Shown in pieces: positions 60,299 to 64,000 of a stretch of 64,000 nucleotides of DNA. The translations under genes were made by a program, and so were the position numbers. The stretch comes from Pseudomonadota bacterium (lineage in GTDB: Bacteria; Pseudomonadota; Gammaproteobacteria; Pseudomonadales; Azotimanducaceae), in the NCBI GenBank assembly GCA_027624035.1, contig JAQBUI010000009.1, forward strand, positions 26,614-90,613, given 5' to 3'. The first letter of the stretch is position 1, and the number at the start of each line of letters is the position of its first letter. The notes beneath the pieces were generated by a model. The model did no database searches. It was not told the origin of the DNA and saw only the letters and a list, made by a program, of their open reading frames with translations.

Positions 60299-61891
60299 TC
60301 AATCAGTTCCGGTCACGTCCACGTATAGCGTCAGCCGGTCACCAGGCTGCAGGTACTTTGCCGCTGCCGCTTCCCTGTTCCACTTGCGGATGTTGTTGAC
60401 CGTCAGATTAAACTTGTTGGCGATCAGGGCTAAAGACTCTCCCTTGCGAACCCGGTAGTTGACCTTGCGTAGAACCTCGGTGTCAGGCGGTGCGGCAATT
60501 TCGGTCATATTGGCCACCGGGGTTGCAAAGATTACCAACTCCTGCCCCGGATAGATCGTCGTGGTCGTGCCAATACCATTCCACCTGGCGATCTGACGCA
60601 TGCTGACCCCGTAGTCGAGGGACAGTTTCCAGAGGCTGTCCCCTGCTTCGACCTGGTGTTGGGTTGGATCAAGACCGTATTTATCTTTCCACTCAGCCTG
60701 GTCCCGGGCGAGTCTTGCATCGGCAGTAAGGTATTGCTGCTGCGCCGATGCGGTAGGGATGAGAAGAGAATCGCCAGCCCGGATGAGGTTGCCGCGAATG
60801 TCGTTCACGGATGTCAGGGTGTCGACGGTGGTTCGATATCGCTGGGCGATCAGTCCGAGCGATTCCCCCGGGCGAATCTTGTGGCGCCGCCATGATATTC
60901 GTTCTTCGGGTGGCAGGTTGGCGAGGTTGGCCTCGAAACTGTCTACCCGGTCAGCGGGAAGCAGCAGCCGATGAGGGCCTTCGGGGTGAGTAGACCACTG
61001 GTTGAAACCAGAGTTCAGCTGGTAAAGATCAGCCGTTTTCATGTCTGCCAGGGAGGCCGCCCGGGCAAGGTCGAGCTGACTGCCGATGTCTACGGCCTTC
61101 CAGTAAGGTGCCATGGAGATGGGCTTGAGTGTGATGCCATATCTCTCCGGGTCCGCGACGACCGCGCTGATGGCCAGGAGTCTCGGTACATACCCTTGTG
61201 TTTCTCTTGGCAGGTGCAGTGACCAGAAGTCACGTCGACCCTGTGGCTGCCTCCTGATAGCGCCCCTGACGTTGCCTTCTCCAGAGTTGTAGGCCGCCAG
61301 TGCCAGCAACCAGTCGTCGTCAAGGCGGGCATTAAGATGCTGAAGGTAATCTATGGCGCCATGGGTTGAATCGACCACATCCCGTCGACCGTCATACCAC
61401 CAGTCGATTCGCAGGCCCTGCAGCCGTGCCGTCGCCGGTATGAATTGCCACAGGCCAGAGGCGCGGCCGTGAGAATACGCGAACGGATCAAATGCGCTCT
61501 CCACCACCGGCAGCAAAGCCAGTTCCAGGGGCAGATTCTGCTTCTCCAGTTCGGTGACAATGAACGACAGGTGCGGCCTGGCTCGTTCGCTAAAACGATC
61601 AATGTAGTCTTGATGGCCCGCGAACCAGTCAATTTCTGCTCTGACCTCCCGTCGGTCTGTCTGGTGGTCCAGTTGAAAGCCGGACCTGATTCTGTCCCAG
61701 ACGTCGTCCGATGCTGCCTGGGTCGGCGTGAGCGGCTCCGGCGATGCGCCCAGTGTATCTACCATGGTCAGTGACTCGATGGAGTCGCCGGGGTGGCCCT
61801 CGCGGTCGGGTGGCGTGTTGCTGTAGGCGGATGAGGCTACCACCAGAAACGCGCTGAACGAGACAGCGAGTGTGTGGGATGTCTTGGTCAT
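60299..61891 (-). CDS. mltD: Membrane-bound lytic murein transglycosylase D-like (SLT domain + 3 LysM)
   Basis: The SLT catalytic region is LPVVESAFDPFAYSHGRASGLWQFIPATA. Three C-terminal LysM repeats are present (HKIRPGESLGLIAQRY.., HQVEAGDSLWKLSLDY.., YRVRKGESLALIANKF..). The start is trimmed from 62062 to ATG 61891, which gives a signal peptide MTKTSHTLAVSFSAFLVVASSAYS. Confidence 0.85.
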   Translation of the reverse strand: MTKTSHTLAVSFSAFLVVASSAYSNTPPDREGHPGDSIESLTMVDTLGASPEPLTPTQAASDDVWDRIRSGFQLDHQTDRREVRAEIDWFAGHQDYIDRFSERARPHLSFIVTELEKQNLPLELALLPVVESAFDPFAYSHGRASGLWQFIPATARLQGLRIDWWYDGRRDVVDSTHGAIDYLQHLNARLDDDWLLALAAYNSGEGNVRGAIRRQPQGRRDFWSLHLPRETQGYVPRLLAISAVVADPERYGITLKPISMAPYWKAVDIGSQLDLARAASLADMKTADLYQLNSGFNQWSTHPEGPHRLLLPADRVDSFEANLANLPPEERISWRRHKIRPGESLGLIAQRYRTTVDTLTSVNDIRGNLIRAGDSLLIPTASAQQQYLTADARLARDQAEWKDKYGLDPTQHQVEAGDSLWKLSLDYGVSMRQIARWNGIGTTTTIYPGQELVIFATPVANMTEIAAPPDTEVLRKVNYRVRKGESLALIANKFNLTVNNIRKWNREAAAAKYLQPGDRLTLYVDVTGTD

Positions 61892-62045
61892 GGAAGTACT
61901 GGATGTCCTGAACGGGCCGGGAAATGTGCTGTCAATTAGCAGAACGGTCGTATCATCTTGTTTGTGGCGTGTTGTTTGTGGCGTGGTGGCTCTCACCTGA
62001 GAAGCGACTATAATAGATAACACGCTGGACTTTAGGAATAGTTGA

Positions 62046-62822
62046 TTGCCCGAGATTTTCACTGAAGACTCTGGTACCGCGCTGGACGATATCCGCGACT
62101 GGTTTGCATCAAAACTTGGTCGTCAGGTGTTGTATACCGAACGACAAATACTCGATCAACTCCTGGATGGCTTTTTCGGATATCACCTGCTTCAGGTCAG
62201 CGTACAGCAGCAGCAACTCTATCAAAGCAGTCCGATCCAGCACAAGTTCAGCCTGGGGATGAGGACGGATGACAAAGTTCCCATGATTGCCAGGACCACG
62301 CTGTTGCCCTTCGAGGATGATAGTATTGATGTGATATTGCTGCACCATCTGCTTGATTTTCTGGAGTCACCGCTGGAAACGCTTCGAGAGGTATCCCGTG
62401 TCGCGTTGCCAATGGGGTACCTGGTCATCATCGGCTTCAACCCGATCAGTAGTTGGGGGCTATGGAAGCTGGGTGCATCATTCGCTCATCGGGCGCCCTG
62501 GTTTGGTCACTTCATTCGCCCCGGCCGGCTGATGGACTGGCTGGACGTTTTGAATTACAAGATTGATCGAGCCCAGTATTGTCTGTATCGCCCACCGGTA
62601 TTCACGACCCATGGCAAGCCTCCAGATTATTCCCGGGGCCTCAGTAGAGTTGCCAACCTGCCCTTTGGATCGGTATACATCATCGTTGCCCGAAAGCAGA
62701 AGGGTGCGATGACACCGATCAGACCAGTCTGGCGTTCAGAACCCGCATTTGGACAACTCGGTGTCGTGCGTCCTCTGCGCCGGGACCTGGTGGCCCCGCC
62801 CCGTGAGGCGAAGCCAGATTGA
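62046..62822 (+). CDS. Class I SAM-dependent methyltransferase (YafS-like, rnhA-linked)
   Basis: The 258-aa ORF has a degenerate methyltransferase core ([39 protein letters not shown]). It occupies the position immediately upstream of rnhA, as yafS does in enterics. The TTG start is uncertain. Confidence 0.65.
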   Translation: MPEIFTEDSGTALDDIRDWFASKLGRQVLYTERQILDQLLDGFFGYHLLQVSVQQQQLYQSSPIQHKFSLGMRTDDKVPMIARTTLLPFEDDSIDVILLHHLLDFLESPLETLREVSRVALPMGYLVIIGFNPISSWGLWKLGASFAHRAPWFGHFIRPGRLMDWLDVLNYKIDRAQYCLYRPPVFTTHGKPPDYSRGLSRVANLPFGSVYIIVARKQKGAMTPIRPVWRSEPAFGQLGVVRPLRRDLVAPPREAKPD

Positions 62823-63265
62823 GTCAGTGGGTCGAGATCTTCACCGACGGTGCCTGTCGTGGCAATCCTGGTCCTGGTGGCTGGGGCGTGCTGCTGCGAT
62901 ACGGGGACGGTGAAAAGGAACTGTGGGGCGGCGAGCCCCATACCACGAACAATCGAATGGAACTGCTTGCGGCGATCCGCGGCCTCGAAGCGCTCAAACG
63001 CCGCTGCAGGGTGGCCATCACCACTGATTCACAATATGTTCGCCAGGGCATCACTTCATGGCTGGCTAACTGGCAGACACGGGGCTGGAAGACATCGAAC
63101 AGGCAACTTGTCAAAAATCGTGATCTGTGGGAACAACTGGATCTGCTGGTACAGCAGCATGACATTGAATGGCATTGGATCAAGGGCCACAGTGGTCATC
63201 CTGACAACGAACGAGCAGACGGGTTGGCCAATCGGGGAATCGACGAACTTTTGGAGACGCTGTGA
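62819..63265 (+). CDS. rnhA: Ribonuclease HI
   Basis: [45 protein letters not shown] and [18 protein letters not shown] are present. The 148-aa protein has a TTG start that overlaps the upstream stop. Confidence 0.95.
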   Translation: MSQWVEIFTDGACRGNPGPGGWGVLLRYGDGEKELWGGEPHTTNNRMELLAAIRGLEALKRRCRVAITTDSQYVRQGITSWLANWQTRGWKTSNRQLVKNRDLWEQLDLLVQQHDIEWHWIKGHSGHPDNERADGLANRGIDELLETL

Positions 63266-63975
63266 GACAGGTCGTAGTGGATACGGAAACCACCGGGCTT
63301 GAGGTGGAAGCCGGTCACAGAATTCTCGAACTGGGCTGCGTGGAGATCGTAGGCAGGAAACTGACCCGACGTCACTTTCACCATTACATCGATCCCCAGC
63401 GGGAAATTGATGATGGCGCCCTTGAAATCCACGGTATCACGCGCTCGTTCCTGAGGGACAAGCCGGTGTTTGCAGACGTCTGGCCGTCGTTTCTGGAATT
63501 CATCAATGGTGCCGAGTTAATCATCCACAATGCCCCGTTTGACGTGGAGTTTCTAAACTACGAGATGGCGATGATATCGCCTGACCTCGGTGTGATCACG
63601 GACTACTGCAATGTCGTGGATTCTCTCGAACTGGCTCGCAACAAGCACCCGGGGCAGCGTAACAATCTGGACGCGCTGTGCAAGCGATACAACGTCGATA
63701 ACTCGCAACGGGACCTGCACGGTGCCCTGCTTGACGCGGAGATCCTGGCTGATGTCTATCTGCTTCTGACCGGAGGACAGGTGAGCCTCGGACTCGACGA
63801 AGTGGAACCAGAGTTCAGTGACGCAGCCGGTGGTCGCAGGTTGCGCGATGACAGGCCCGCGCTTGCCGTCATACGCGCGGATTCGGACGAGATTCGCCGG
63901 CATGAGGCCAAGTTGGCCCAACTCGATCGTGAGGCGGAAGACGGCTGTGCCTGGATACGGCTGGATACAGGGTAG
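63262..63975 (+). CDS. dnaQ: DNA polymerase III epsilon subunit (proofreading exonuclease)
   Basis: The three exonuclease motifs are present: Exo [10 protein letters not shown], Exo [13 protein letters not shown] and Exo [17 protein letters not shown]. The protein is 237 aa, and its start overlaps the rnhA stop (GTGA). Confidence 0.95.
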   Translation: MRQVVVDTETTGLEVEAGHRILELGCVEIVGRKLTRRHFHHYIDPQREIDDGALEIHGITRSFLRDKPVFADVWPSFLEFINGAELIIHNAPFDVEFLNYEMAMISPDLGVITDYCNVVDSLELARNKHPGQRNNLDALCKRYNVDNSQRDLHGALLDAEILADVYLLLTGGQVSLGLDEVEPEFSDAAGGRRLRDDRPALAVIRADSDEIRRHEAKLAQLDREAEDGCAWIRLDTG

Positions 63976-64000
63976 GGGGTTGCCCTTGGTCGCTGAGCTT

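Noticed and set aside
61892-62045. Absence of gloB between mltD and the yafS-like methyltransferase, compared with the E. coli order, as a rearrangement of interest.
   Set aside because: Gene order here differs from enterics in several respects; for example, rnhA and dnaQ are co-directional. gloB placement is variable among gammaproteobacteria, so this is not informative on its own.

Overview
This window is a 64-kb piece of a gammaproteobacterial chromosome, with GC in the high 50s % judged by eye (not computed). The gene order resembles Pseudomonas/Marinobacter-type genomes, but the taxon cannot be fixed from here.

Almost everything is core housekeeping, in this order:
- gltA (5' fragment), divergent from sdhCDAB-sucAB-lpdA-sucCD
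- htpG with a textbook sigma32 promoter
- a large DUF1631 protein and a secreted hypothetical
- folE, aroC, a LysR regulator
- asd-fimV-truA-trpF-trpB-trpA-folC-SPOR-cvpA-purF
- moxR-DUF58-tgpA, acnB, miaE, lpxH
- a tRNA Pro-Arg-His cluster
- about 10 kb of accessory metabolic genes: APH-like kinase, LLM oxidoreductase, yaeQ, two SDRs, an acyl-CoA ligase, an animal-type COMT homologue, and a rifampin-phosphotransferase-like PEP-utilising enzyme
- tRNA-Leu, tig-clpP-clpX-lon-hupB-ppiD, mltD, and methyltransferase-rnhA-dnaQ

I saw no rRNA, CRISPR array, transposase, integrase or phage gene. I did not find a convincing novel multi-gene system.

The observations most worth a second look are:
1. 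An in-frame TAG interrupts an otherwise intact trpB.
2. A 43-44 nt perfect palindrome is present twice, in opposite orientations.
3. A non-coding motif plus TTCATGAA palindromes is shared by the sucD-htpG spacer and the DUF1631 divergent spacer.
4. Short perfect tandem duplications sit on the translation-initiation regions of sdhC, sucC and clpP.
5. A 12-bp x6 tandem array lies between tig and clpP.
6. An A/C-rich CGACAAA-repeat leader precedes hupB.
7. The tRNA cluster is split by the accessory block, which carries the COMT-like and RPH-like pair.

All coordinates were derived by hand. CDS start sites trimmed relative to the ORF track are judgement calls.
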